DNA of 32,000 bases. It comes from Candidatus Saccharimonadota bacterium (lineage in GTDB: Bacteria > Patescibacteriota > Gracilibacteria > Absconditabacterales > Absconditicoccaceae). The notes below the pieces were generated by a model that saw only the letters and a list, made by a program, of their open reading frames with translations, was not told the DNA's origin and did no database searches. A program made the translations under genes and the position numbers. Location of the stretch: the NCBI GenBank assembly GCA_030429145.1, contig JAUIDC010000001.1, positions 630,001 to 662,000 on the forward strand, given 5' to 3'. Shown here in pieces: positions 1 to 8,784 of this stretch (position 1 is its first letter; every line of letters begins with the position of its first letter).

Positions 1-88
1 GCTTGAAAATGTGATTCGTCGTTCGTTTGGTTTCGTAGGAGTACCTCTCATTATTGAGTTTAAAGAGAAAGAGGATAGACATAAGTAA
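1..88 (+). CDS. der: GTPase Der (EngA), 3' end only; the gene starts upstream of the window
   Basis: The frame from nt 2 reads LENVIRRSFGFVGVPLIIEFKEKEDRHK, then TAA at 86-88. This resembles the conserved YLEN..R..F.F.G.PI C-terminal KH-like tail of Der (from recall). Confidence 0.55.
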   Translation, partial: LENVIRRSFGFVGVPLIIEFKEKEDRHK

Positions 89-149
89 TCTTGTAATAGG
101 AGCCCCGTTCGACTATAGTGCAGGTAGTTTTATCACATTATCTTTATAG

Positions 150-791
150 ATGAAAGATATCAATTTTTACCGCGTCTTCAAGGACGACGGTCTAAAACTC
201 GGCTGGAAACACGCAAAAAAAGATTTCTTTTTCTTTTTGCAGGTGTTTGTGCTTGTTGGGATAGCAAGTGCGATTCCTATGATTGTCAATTGGATATATG
301 GTATGCCATTTGATACTCCAAACTTTGGCGATGTGATCTCGACATTGTTGAGTCTTATATTTAGCTTTGGTATGATCAAAATTTTCATCCATTTTGTTCG
401 TAAGGGGAAGGCAGATCTAAAGGATTTGCGAAATCATGACTGGGTGCGTTTTCTTCGGTGGTTTTTGACGAGAATAGTGACAGCTGTTCTTATCGGAGTA
501 GGTATGGTATTGTTGATTGTCCCTGGTATCTACGTTGCTGCAAGACTCTATCTCTATGAGTACTATGTGGTAGACCAGAAGTTAAATACGATAGAGGCTA
601 TCAGTGCAAGCTGGGAGGTGACAAAAGGTCATGTATGGCAGATCATTGGTATTGGACTGTTATCTTTTGGTATTCTGTTGTTGGGAACGCTCGCGCTTGG
701 TATTGGTCTTCTTTGGGCTATACCGACAGTGAAACTTGCCCAGGCTACGCTCTATAAGAAGCTGACTTCACATGATGAGTATCTAGCGTAA
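150..791 (+). CDS. Integral membrane protein with multiple TM helices (DUF975/YciC-like topology), function unknown
   Basis: Intact 213-aa ORF with ATG start and TAA stop. It has several long hydrophobic segments (VLVGIASAIPMIV, VLIGVGMVLLIVPGIY, LLSFGILLLGTLALGIGLLW). A TAG lies immediately upstream of the ATG. Confidence 0.8.
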   Translation: MKDINFYRVFKDDGLKLGWKHAKKDFFFFLQVFVLVGIASAIPMIVNWIYGMPFDTPNFGDVISTLLSLIFSFGMIKIFIHFVRKGKADLKDLRNHDWVRFLRWFLTRIVTAVLIGVGMVLLIVPGIYVAARLYLYEYYVVDQKLNTIEAISASWEVTKGHVWQIIGIGLLSFGILLLGTLALGIGLLWAIPTVKLAQATLYKKLTSHDEYLA

Positions 792-1201
792 TGCGTGCAT
801 TGAGCTGGAAAGAGCCATACGGCTCGCTCATGCTCTGCGGAAAAATAGAAACAAGAACCCGGTCAACGAACTATCGCTGACCGGTTTTGCTATGCTGCAG
901 TCAGAAAGGGTATACTGATAAGGAGCTGCTGCAGTGAGCAGGAGAGAAACAGTATGGGCGTATCAAGCAAGCGCTAGGTGGCAGAGAACTGCAGCATGGC
1001 CACGCTATCGCCGTAGGCGAGCTGATAGAGTGCAGGCCGATGAGACCTGAAGACGCCGATGCCTGCTTCGTTGACTATCGTCCCGGCCTGCGATGTCATG
1101 TCTATACCAATGTGAAACCAATCCAGCCCATTCCCTTTAAAGGTGGGCAGAGGCGAAAGAAAATCGATGAGAATATATTGCTACAGATCAGGTATCTATA
1201 A
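791..1201 (+). CDS. ASCH domain protein, visible only under code 25
   Basis: The ATG overlaps the upstream TAA (TAATG). In-frame TGAs lie at 878-880 and 935-937, and the stop is TAA at 1199-1201. The translation MRALSWKEPYGSLMLCGKIETRTRSTNYRGPVLL matches the ASCH N-terminal pattern (K.PWA..I..G.K..E.R...T.YRGP), with a TGA at the conserved G of YRGP. Confidence 0.7.
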
Positions 1202-1203
1202 TA

Positions 1204-1233
1204 GAAAAACTCTCCAAGCGGAGAGTTTTTTTT
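1204..1233. terminator. Bidirectional intrinsic terminator shared by convergent genes
   Basis: Stem ctctcc (1210-1215), loop aagc, stem ggagag (1220-1225). An A-run lies upstream and a T-run at 1226-1233. It sits between the ASCH stop and the DUF2231 stop. Confidence 0.75.
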
Positions 1234-1756
1234 ATGGTAAGAACTGCATAATTACTTTTACCATCGGATCAATTTCTGGTCAGTAGACCATGGCTCCACC
1301 AAGAGCTCAGGTGATGGTCAAAGCGAGAAGTCAGCCAATAGCAAGTATGTACAGTACGCCACTTCTTTTATAGAGAAAAGCTATCTTTTGTAGCAATCTA
1401 TGAGCCCAGCTACCTATCATTTTTGCCCCTAAAGAGGTCCTTACACCATCATACAATATCCACTGTGAAACATATCCCAACGTTGCCAACCCATAGAGCC
1501 AGTTTGAGAGATTACCAAAGTTTTCGTGTCGTTCAAGTATTCTTTGGGCGCCGTACCCAGCGTCTTCCATTGCCTCGCCTGAGGAAAGAGCAGCTTGTAT
1601 ACCAACCCATCCTACAACGATGAGAAATAGCTTAATATATCGAACAGTTCTATTGTGTCTCACCTTGGGAAAGAGAGATGCTATTTCAAGGAGGCTATAT
1701 ATGGTAAGTAGAGCAATGGGGAAGTGTACAACGACAGGATGGATTGTATCGAACAT
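1232..1756 (-). CDS. DUF2231-like membrane protein
   Basis: The N-terminus MFDTIHPVVVHFPIALL is the typical DUF2231 signature. The listed 141-aa ORF continues through three in-frame TGAs (first at 1331-1333) to TAA at 1232-1234, giving the tail ...AIGGLLALTITGALGGAMVYGPEIDP. Total length is 174 aa. Confidence 0.75.
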
Positions 1757-1860
1757 GAACTAATAGAAAATATATAAAATGGAAAGTTTATAAAAAACAA
1801 ACAATACTTTCCTATCTATACGTAATTGCTACTAAATTACAAAAAATTTTTCTATAAATA

Positions 1861-1896
1861 AAATAGTATGCCCGTTTATGTGGAGACATACTATTT
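1861..1896 (-). terminator. Hairpin downstream of ybaB (putative terminator)
   Basis: Perfect 10-bp inverted repeat, aaatagtatg (1861-1870) with catactattt (1887-1896), and a 16-nt loop. It lies about 50 nt downstream of the ybaB stop on the minus strand, and the flanks are AT-rich. Confidence 0.45.
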
Positions 1897-1945
1897 TGTG
1901 AGTGTTTTTAGTTGGGGATGTTTTATCTTATGGATTACTCCATAA

Positions 1946-2305
1946 CTACGATAATCCAGGGATATTTGGCATACCACCTGATCAACCACCAAGCATACCT
2001 GCCATTTGAGAAGGATCGAAACCAAGAATATCTTTAGTCTTCTCGGTAGCTATTTCTTGAGCTTTGCTTTGTCCTTTCTCGAAGGCTGTTTGTATAGCTT
2101 GTTCGAGCTTTGTTTTATGCTCTGAAGATAATACGCTTTCGTCTACAATTTCTACTTTCTTAATTTTCATCTCACCTGATATCTCTACAACCACGATAGG
2201 ATTTTCCGTATTATCTTTTGCTCTGATGATGACATTTTTCAAAGCCTCTTGAAGCTTCTTATATTTGTCATACATCTTTTTCATTTCACCGAGCTGTCCA
2301 AACAT
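1946..2305 (-). CDS. ybaB: Nucleoid-associated protein YbaB/EbfC
   Basis: MFGQLGEMKKMYDKYKKLQEAL...EISGEMKIKKVEI is typical of the YbaB family. The TGA at 1982-1984 is read through to give the tail GGGSGGMPNIPGLS, then TAG at 1946-1948. Confidence 0.8.
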
Positions 2306-2367
2306 AGTAATCTAGCTAATAATGTAAAGAGTAAGTTGTTGTTTTATGTTGACATATTTTTAGAATA

Positions 2368-3681
2368 TTATTCTTCTTTGGCCTTTTTAGATGGCGCTTT
2401 TTTAGGCTTTGCTTCTGCTTTTTCATCAGTTTTCTTTGCAGGAGCTTTCTTGGCAGGAGCCTTCTTTGGAGCACTACCAGTATGTAGTTTATCATAGAGC
2501 TTTTGCTCGGCATCCAAAGGCTTATTTCGATCAACATCGTTGATCTCTAGTAGTTCTAGTAGCTTTCTTAACATGAAGAACTTCTCGAGAGAGCTCTGTG
2601 CTGATTTCTCGATATCGTCATAGACTTTCTTCGTTCCTTCTTCTCCAATCTGATCGAAGTATTGCTTCATACCAGCTTCTCCGCCCATGCGGTCACCAAG
2701 CTGTTTGATACGAGCAGACATCTCTTCTCTCAGGATCGTATGAGGAATCTGTACACTCATAGAGTCTTTTGCTTGATCGATCACTTTTTCTACTGCTTGC
2801 TGCAGTGCATTTTCTTGTTTTTGCTGAGAAAGCACCTCATCGATCTTGTTTTTGAGGTCTTCTTCAGAGTTGATTTCCTCGCTCTGGAAGAGCTTATTCA
2901 ACACCTCTTTATCACTGAGATCAGGCATTACCACCTTTTTCACATCTATGATAGTTGCTGAGATAGTGTCAGCTTTCGCATCTTTTTTCGCTTCATCTTT
3001 TGGATGGAAGTGGAGGATATGAGGCAATTTCTTTTCATCATATTTTATCTCTACTGTCGCATCTTTTTTCTGACCAATGAACTCTTTTTTCACAAGTTCA
3101 AACTCCTCAAACTCTTCTTTCCCGATAAATGCAGAGCCTTTATCTAGCTCCTTACCGTCTTTATCTTTTACTTCAAATTTGAGCTTTGCAACAGTGTCTT
3201 CTCCGATAGTGTCAGTGTCCTGGTAGTCTGCATATTGACGACGAAGATTGTTGAGTGCATTCTCTTTTTCTTCAGCAGTTGGTGCTGTGTCTATAGTATC
3301 CATCTTGATGCTTGCCCATTTCTTGTCTTTCACTTCAACCTCTGGATAGACATCCAATTTGAATGTAATGGTCCATTCTTTTTCTTCTTTTTTATCTTGC
3401 AGATCATAAGGCTGACCAATGAACTGAATTTTCTCATTTTCTTTTACGATCTTTTGAAGCGTTTTATTGATCGCTTCTTCATACATAGCCATCTGCAGAT
3501 ATTCGGGTTTGATGTTCTTTTCCACTATGTTGAGAGGAACATGGCCTTTTCTAAAACCTGCAAATTCAAAATCTTTCTGAGCAAGTTTCAGTGCTCCTTC
3601 TTTCATTTCTTCCTGACTTTTAGCGTCTACAACTACCTTAACTTCGTAGTTTCCTTGTCCTTTTGTTAATTCGTAACTCAT
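2368..3681 (-). CDS. tig: Trigger factor with a Lys/Ala/Pro-rich C-terminal tail
   Basis: 437-aa intact ORF. The N-terminus includes the ribosome-binding signature GFRKGHVP, and length and architecture fit trigger factor. It contains no in-frame TGA. The tail is GSAPKKAPAKKAPAKKTDEKAEAKPKKAPSKKAKEE. Confidence 0.9.
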   Translation of the reverse strand: MSYELTKGQGNYEVKVVVDAKSQEEMKEGALKLAQKDFEFAGFRKGHVPLNIVEKNIKPEYLQMAMYEEAINKTLQKIVKENEKIQFIGQPYDLQDKKEEKEWTITFKLDVYPEVEVKDKKWASIKMDTIDTAPTAEEKENALNNLRRQYADYQDTDTIGEDTVAKLKFEVKDKDGKELDKGSAFIGKEEFEEFELVKKEFIGQKKDATVEIKYDEKKLPHILHFHPKDEAKKDAKADTISATIIDVKKVVMPDLSDKEVLNKLFQSEEINSEEDLKNKIDEVLSQQKQENALQQAVEKVIDQAKDSMSVQIPHTILREEMSARIKQLGDRMGGEAGMKQYFDQIGEEGTKKVYDDIEKSAQSSLEKFFMLRKLLELLEINDVDRNKPLDAEQKLYDKLHTGSAPKKAPAKKAPAKKTDEKAEAKPKKAPSKKAKEE

Positions 3682-3701
3682 ACAATGTGTGTAAAATTAT
3701 A

Positions 3702-3739
3702 AAGCAGTCCATGAGTTATAGTGATTGGACTGCTTTTTT
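3702..3739. terminator. Hairpin between the tig start and the stop of the upstream paralog gene
   Basis: Stem aagcagtcc (3702-3710) pairs with ggactgctt (3727-3735) around a 16-nt loop. The T-run at 3734-3739 is on the plus strand. It sits just downstream of the minus-strand gene 3745-4569, so the orientation of the T-run is not ideal for that gene. Confidence 0.4.
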
Positions 3740-3744
3740 CAATG

Positions 3745-4569
3745 TTATGATGAAAACTCTCTCTGGATCTTCATTTTCATCTTCTCCGCATGCTCGGGAG
3801 AGTGGATGAGTTTGACGCTGCAAGGCGCTTTCATCTTGAGAACTTGGCAAAAGAGCTCTGGTTTATAGCCCTCTATACCAACTATGGTGTCGAAAAATAG
3901 TCTGAAATGTTCGGAGATGTTTTTTGGTAGCATGCATTCAACGATATACTCTCCGATAATATCGACTGTATATCCCTGTTCTGGGAATGGTATTTCTTTG
4001 TCAGCACATACGGTCTGACATTTGTCTGCTGAGAGCTGCTGGGAAGCATACCTATCGAGAAATGTATTGTTTCCTATAAGATAGTACGATAGTTTTTCGG
4101 TGCTCATAAGATCTTCAAGGTTTGTTTTTTCTTTGAGAGGACTACCCAATAAGAAGTATGGATGTGAAGTATAATGATACGTTTGCTCTCACTCATAGAG
4201 CTTGCTCAGCTGTCCAAGGAGGTCCATGCGGATCACATTGAGATCGTAGAGGTTGTTTTCTTCTCGAATCTCTTGTTGTCACAGGCCGAGTTTGTGTAGT
4301 ATATTGGTCTCGTGCGAGAGATATACTTTTGCTGAGCTTTCAGTGAGGCCAAACAGATAGCGCATAAAGAGCGAATGCAGCTGTACTTTCCCTTTTGGTC
4401 TAATGAGTATCTGGTCGTCTATCATATGAGCGATGATCTTGTAGAAGTTTGGTAGAGAGACCGAAATTCCCTTGGCCGTACAGACCTGTTCATAGAGAGC
4501 CTGCACCGATAAATCCTTTTGCTTTGATACAACGCTGATAACAGCGTATGGCACTGTTGCATTAAACAT
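3745..4569 (-). CDS. Uncharacterised protein with a winged-helix-like N-terminus, paralog A of a tandem pair
   Basis: ORFs 4279-4569 and 3745-4149 join in frame through TGAs (4279-4281 and one more) into 274 aa. The N-terminus DLSVQALYEQVCTAKGISVSLPNFYKIIAHMIDDQILIRPKGKVQL looks like a wHTH. The C-terminus has no family I recognise. Confidence 0.8.
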
Positions 4570-4704
4570 TTTTTTGTTTTTATGAGATAAAGTTTTATTT
4601 TTGGTAGCTGTAAGATGTAGATTTTTGCATACTTATTTCAAGTACAGAGAAATCTTTGAAAATAAATTCGCAAAATATGATAATTTGTACGTGTGTAATA
4701 GATA

Positions 4705-5517
4705 TTACGTGAAATATTTCTTAATTTTTTGTTTCATTTTTTTTGCATGTTCAGGGGAGTGAATGAGTTTTAGTGAACAGCTGGCTTTCATTTTCATGAT
4801 GTTGCTGAACATGGCTATGTTGAAGTCTTGAGCTGATTTTACGGTATCAAAGAATATTTTATAGTGCTGTGTGACTGGTTCTGGTAGCACGCACTCGATG
4901 ATATAGTCGCCAACAATATTGATAAAATAACCTTCTTCAGGAAAAGGAGGCTCTGTGATGCACTTGATGGTGTAGCCTTGCATGCTAAAAAGTTCACTTC
5001 CGTACTTGTCGAGAAATGTATCATTTCAGAACAGGAAATAAGAGGTCTCTAACCCACGTCCGATCTCTTCCATATTCGCCTTCTCTTTATCGGTAATACT
5101 CAGCACATGGTAGGGATGTGAATTATAATAGTAGGCTGTCTCTTCAGGGTATTTCTTGATAAGCTGACTGAGTAAGTTCATCCAAATAATATCCAAATCA
5201 TAGAGACTTGAAGCAGTAAACGTTTTTTGTTCTCATGGTTTTACGTTGATGGTATACGCATTGTCTGAGAAGTACGTTTTGTTCACATTCTCAGCAAGCG
5301 CGACGATGAAGTGTAAGTACATAGCATGAATTTGTAGCTTGCCATTGTTTTTGACGAGTATCTGACTGTCAACCATGCGTGCGATGATCTTGTAGAAGTT
5401 CGGCAGAGAAACCTTGATCTTTTTTGCTCCCACACGTTTGTATAGTTCTTGTATGGTAAGGTCTTTTTCTTCGGCAAGACAACCGATAATAGTGTATTCT
5501 ATACATATGCGAAACAT
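4705..5517 (-). CDS. Uncharacterised protein with a winged-helix-like N-terminus, paralog B of a tandem pair
   Basis: ORFs 5233-5517 and 4705-4983 join in frame through two TGAs (5233-5235 and one in ...FLFGNDTF...) into 270 aa. It is colinear with paralog A. Shared blocks are VSLPNFYKIIA.M.D.QIL, LYDL..I.M.LL.QL, SHPY, TFLD.Y, PFPE.GY, G.YI.EC.LP, FFDT and MKMKA.CS.KLIHSPEHA.KMK.KI. Confidence 0.8.
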
Positions 5518-5586
5518 GGTTAGTGTGATTATTGAAGTAATAATTATCAGATAATGATAAAAACATTATATTTTTTATCAAATCTG

Positions 5587-5614
5587 TTGCAATAGAAAAA
5601 AAGCGCGCTATAAA
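5587..5614 (+). promoter_or_regulatory. Sigma70-like promoter candidate
   Basis: TTGCAA (5587-5592), a 16-nt spacer, then TATAAA (5609-5614). It lies in the divergent intergenic region upstream of the ambiguous 5656-6039 locus. Confidence 0.35.
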
Positions 5615-5655
5615 CTAACCGCCCAAACATAAGTTCTAATTGTAAACTGACTCAT

Positions 5656-6039
5656 ATGAGAAAAAAATTGGTGCATCACCACTATTTGTATTATGGTGTC
5701 GTCTGACGCGACATGGGTACTTGAGAAACAACAAGACAGCTATTGGAAGAATTTCTTTCAGGTCTTGTTGTTTTTCTACAAATAGGAAAGGAGACAAATA
5801 GCGCAATTATCTATGATCATATCAATAATACTCGAGTAGGAAAAAGCTATGATGGCTCAGCGCACATCATCTTTCGCTACTTTCTGGGGCAAAATGCTAT
5901 CCAACTCGATACATATAGTGCCGCCTTCTATGATAAGGAGCATATCAAAGGATTTTGTGATAGTTTTCGAAGCGTACAAAAAAATGATTTTCTTTCGATC
6001 AGCAAACATAATCCTATTCATCCGCTTTCAGCGTCCTAA
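5656..6039 (+). CDS. Hypothetical protein (code 25 only); coding status uncertain
   Basis: The frame is free of TAA/TAG from 5632 to 6037, with an ATG at 5656 and in-frame TGAs at 5704-5706 and 5722-5724. Two other frames (plus 5849-6088 and beyond, minus about 5779-6054) are also open here. No SD is evident and I recognise no family. Confidence 0.3.
5725..5774 (+). repeat. Strong inverted repeat / hairpin (terminator-like)
   Basis: aaacaacaagac (5726-5737) pairs perfectly with gtcttgttgttt (5762-5773), plus a closing G-U pair. The loop is 24 nt. The 3' arm runs into tttttc. Confidence 0.5.
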
Positions 6040-6166
6040 TGTCAATAATGACGATTATCCAAAACGAATAAAACCGAGACTAAATTGATGACACCTATTG
6101 CATATTGATATTATACCACTAAAAAACTGCGGAAAATAAAAAAATCATAAAATAAATAAAATTACA

Positions 6167-6655
6167 ATGACAACGAAAAACAAAGTTTTTGTACATTACT
6201 ATCTTATCTTTTCTACGGTAAACTTTACGAGGTCTGAATTTGCTAATGATACTCCAGATAACCGTGCTTTGTTGGAAAAGTTTATGAGAGATATGGTAGT
6301 CGCTGTCGGTATGACAGAGCTTGCACCTCCACGCTGTACCTTTAGCACGGGTATTAATAATGCTTTTACAGTGGAAATTGCTTTAGTGGAGCCACCTTCT
6401 TCTAAAGCGCAAGTTGATGTTACATTGAATGAATCAAATGCTGTGGCTCATATTTATCCCTTCCCACAGATTGAGCTTGCTGTGATGACTTGTAAAAAAC
6501 CTTCTGCAGAAGAAATTCAATGTGCTGAAGAACTTTTTACAACATTCTGGCAGGTTGAAGGTGGCTGGTTTGATTACTTTGCAAATGATCCTACTCAAGA
6601 GGAGTGGCCTCTTCGAGAAAGGAGACCCTTACAAATTCTAAAATCGAATTCATAG
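6167..6655 (+). CDS. Hypothetical protein, possibly a divergent S-adenosylmethionine decarboxylase (SpeH/SpeD class 1)-like fold
   Basis: Intact 162-aa ORF. VDVTLNESNAVAHIYPFPQIELAVMTCKKPSAEE parallels the AdoMetDC self-cleavage region V.ISESH..IHTWPE.....D.FTCG (from recall). The Glu-Ser pair is at 6431-6436, but Asn replaces His after the Ser. Confidence 0.35.
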   Translation: MTTKNKVFVHYYLIFSTVNFTRSEFANDTPDNRALLEKFMRDMVVAVGMTELAPPRCTFSTGINNAFTVEIALVEPPSSKAQVDVTLNESNAVAHIYPFPQIELAVMTCKKPSAEEIQCAEELFTTFWQVEGGWFDYFANDPTQEEWPLRERRPLQILKSNS

Positions 6656-6672
6656 GATTGCTTATCCTCCCT

Positions 6673-6707
6673 ATCACCACTGCGTATTCGCTAGTGGTTT
6701 TTTTAAT
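6673..6707. terminator. Intrinsic terminator between convergent genes
   Basis: Stem accactgcg / cgctagtggt (one bulged A) with loop tatt, followed by a T7 run. It overlaps the last codons of rlmH on the opposite strand. Confidence 0.65.
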
Positions 6708-7146
6708 AGTGATATTCTCTTCACTCCATGATGCTTTTAGCTCTGTAGACTTGTTCTAAAATTGTTAATTTTGCTAAACCGTGGGGGAGCGTAGTTTTTC
6801 CAAAGGAGAGCTTCATATTAATTATGGTCTCCAATTTAGCTTCATCTAACCCATAAGGCCCTCCAATAATGAAGGTGATATTATGATTTTTTGAAATTAA
6901 TTGAGTGAATTCTTCAGTGGAAAGGGGCTTTCCATCCTTCGAGAGAAGGATTTTGTAGTCGTCGTTTTTGGAAAGTCTGTCGATGATTTTGTCTGTTTCT
7001 TTGGCGATGATTTGGTCGCGAGTGCCATGTTTCTCGGGTTTAATAGTGATGATTTCTATTTCTTTGTTCATTCTTTTGAGATATTCATCGATAGCAGAGG
7101 AGAAATGTTTGTCGCTATCTGAAATGCATACAATCTTTACTTTCAT
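6703..7146 (-). CDS. rlmH: 23S rRNA (pseudouridine1915-N3)-methyltransferase RlmH (SPOUT family)
   Basis: MKVKIVCISDSDK...ITFIIGGPYGL...LSFGKTTLPHGLAKLTILEQVYRA is colinear with RlmH. The TGA at 6721-6723 is read through to GREYHY, then TAA at 6703-6705, matching the family's conserved ..HPYH C-terminus. The start is placed at ATG 7146; the listed TTG at 7179 is an alternative. Confidence 0.85.
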
Positions 7147-7195
7147 AAGGAGATAAGTATACTTTGATAAATTAACCAATTATACTATTTTCACG

Positions 7196-8701
7196 ATGAA
7201 ATTCTACGATAAAGTACAAGTGACATTGCAGTCATGAAAGTGAGGAGATGGCGTTGTTTCAGCACGCCGTGAAGCGAAGGTGCCTTATGGGTGACCAGCT
7301 GGAGGAAACGGAGGAAGATGAGGCTCTGTTATTTTGCGTTGATCAAAAGATGTAAATACGCTTATAGATTATAGATACGCGAGAATATTTGCAGCTCCTA
7401 AGGGAGAACCAGGAAGAACGAAAGAGCAGTATGGAAAAAATGCTGAAGATCTTGTCTTGCAGGTGCCTGTTGGAACGATTGTGCGTGATGTGGAGAGCGG
7501 ACATGTGTTACATCAGTTTCTCGCAGACGGTGATGAGTTCGTTGTGTGTCAGGGCTGACAAGGTGGCGTTGGTAATATGCACTTTAAGAATGCAGCCAAT
7601 CAGTTTCCTCAGTTTTCGCTGCTTGGAGAACCAGGTGAGACAAAGGAGGTAGAGCTTGAACTGCAGCTTCTTGGTGATGTTGCCCTCATTGGTACGCCGA
7701 GCGTAGGTAAGTCATCACTCATCAATGCAGTGAGTAATGTGAAAGCGAAAGTTGCTGACTACCCGTTTACGACACTGATACCCAATTTGGGGTCGGTCAA
7801 ACATCGTGAGTTTACGTTCAACATCGTTGATGTTCCAGGATTGATCGAAGGTGCCAGTGGATGAAAGTGACTTGGTAACCAGTTTTTGCGTCATATCTTA
7901 AAGGCGTCTGTTTTCTCATTTGTGATGGATATCTCTCGTTATGAGGAGGGAGTAGATGAGTTTAGTCAGCTTTTTGATGAGGTGTTACACTATATGCGTG
8001 AGAAATTTATGCAGAGTCGCGACTTTGGCGGTGAGATCTCAGGCATTGATTTTCAGCTGAGAAAAGAAAAGGGACAGCTTTTCTTACAAGTCCGTGCGGC
8101 GATGGCTGACGAACAGAAAGTACTGATGGAAAAGATGATTAACATCGTTCTCAATAAGCAGGATCTTGTTGACGATGAGGAGATTGTTGAGGAGTATAAG
8201 AGACACTTTCTTGCTCATACACAAAAATATATTAAAAATACGTTTGGCATATTAGTTGAGGAAAAAGAGCTTCCCGTATTTATCACTTCTGCAGTCACTC
8301 GTCAGGGGGTTGATAGTTGGCTCGATGCGTTGCAGCATTATCTCCAGTATGACAGAGATCATATCTCTATGTTATTATTTGATGTTGTTCCCGTTGCAGC
8401 AAAACCTGAAGGACATATCCGTGAAGTGACAGAGGAGACTTTGCCACGGCTGATAGAGCATGAATATCTTGAAGAAACAGATGCTAAATATGCAAAGGTG
8501 CGAGAGGTCGCTGATGCAGAGTTTTGTCGTCTTGGCTATATGTTGCCATGGGGCAATGACGAAGCAGAACTTTGGTTCTGGAATGTGATGTGAAAAAAGC
8601 GCTTTGTACAGAAATTAGAGACAGCTGGTATCGTAAAAGGTGATATTATTAAGATAAAATCGCTCTACGGAGGCGTTGAAGACAGATACATTAGATATTA
8701 G
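7196..8701 (+). CDS. obg: GTPase Obg/CgtA with C-terminal OCT-like domain
   Basis: Nine in-frame TGAs, including 7235-7237 and 7241-7243. Under code 25 the N-terminus reads [61 protein letters not shown], the classic Obg glycine-rich fold. G1 is GTPSVGKSS, G3 is DVPGLIEGASGGKGLG and G4 is NKQD. The tail ...GKKRFVQKLETAGIVKGDIIKI is OCT-like. The stop is TAG at 8699-8701. Confidence 0.92.
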
Positions 8702-8784
8702 TACCAATTTTTCTTGTAAAGTAGCCTTAAATGGTTATCGTTAGGGTTCATCAAAAATAAAAGTAGAGAAAATACCCATTAATT

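Noticed and set aside
2662-3669. Plus-strand ORFs 2662-2961 and 3235-3669 inside tig. Similar antisense ORFs occur inside gyrA (25261-26387), dnaB (19687-20177), the PBP (13353-13691, 15452-15712) and rlmN/DHH.
   Set aside because: They lie antisense within confidently identified genes, and their translations are low-complexity, Phe/Leu/Ser-rich and typical of shadow frames.
7196-8701. Obg, and likewise the PBP, murD, hisS, the DHH protein and dnaE, first look like pseudogenes broken by multiple nonsense mutations.
   Set aside because: All interruptions are TGA only. The reading frame is never shifted, the fragments are colinear with full-length families, and the TGAs sit on conserved glycines. 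Decay would also produce TAA/TAG stops and frameshifts.
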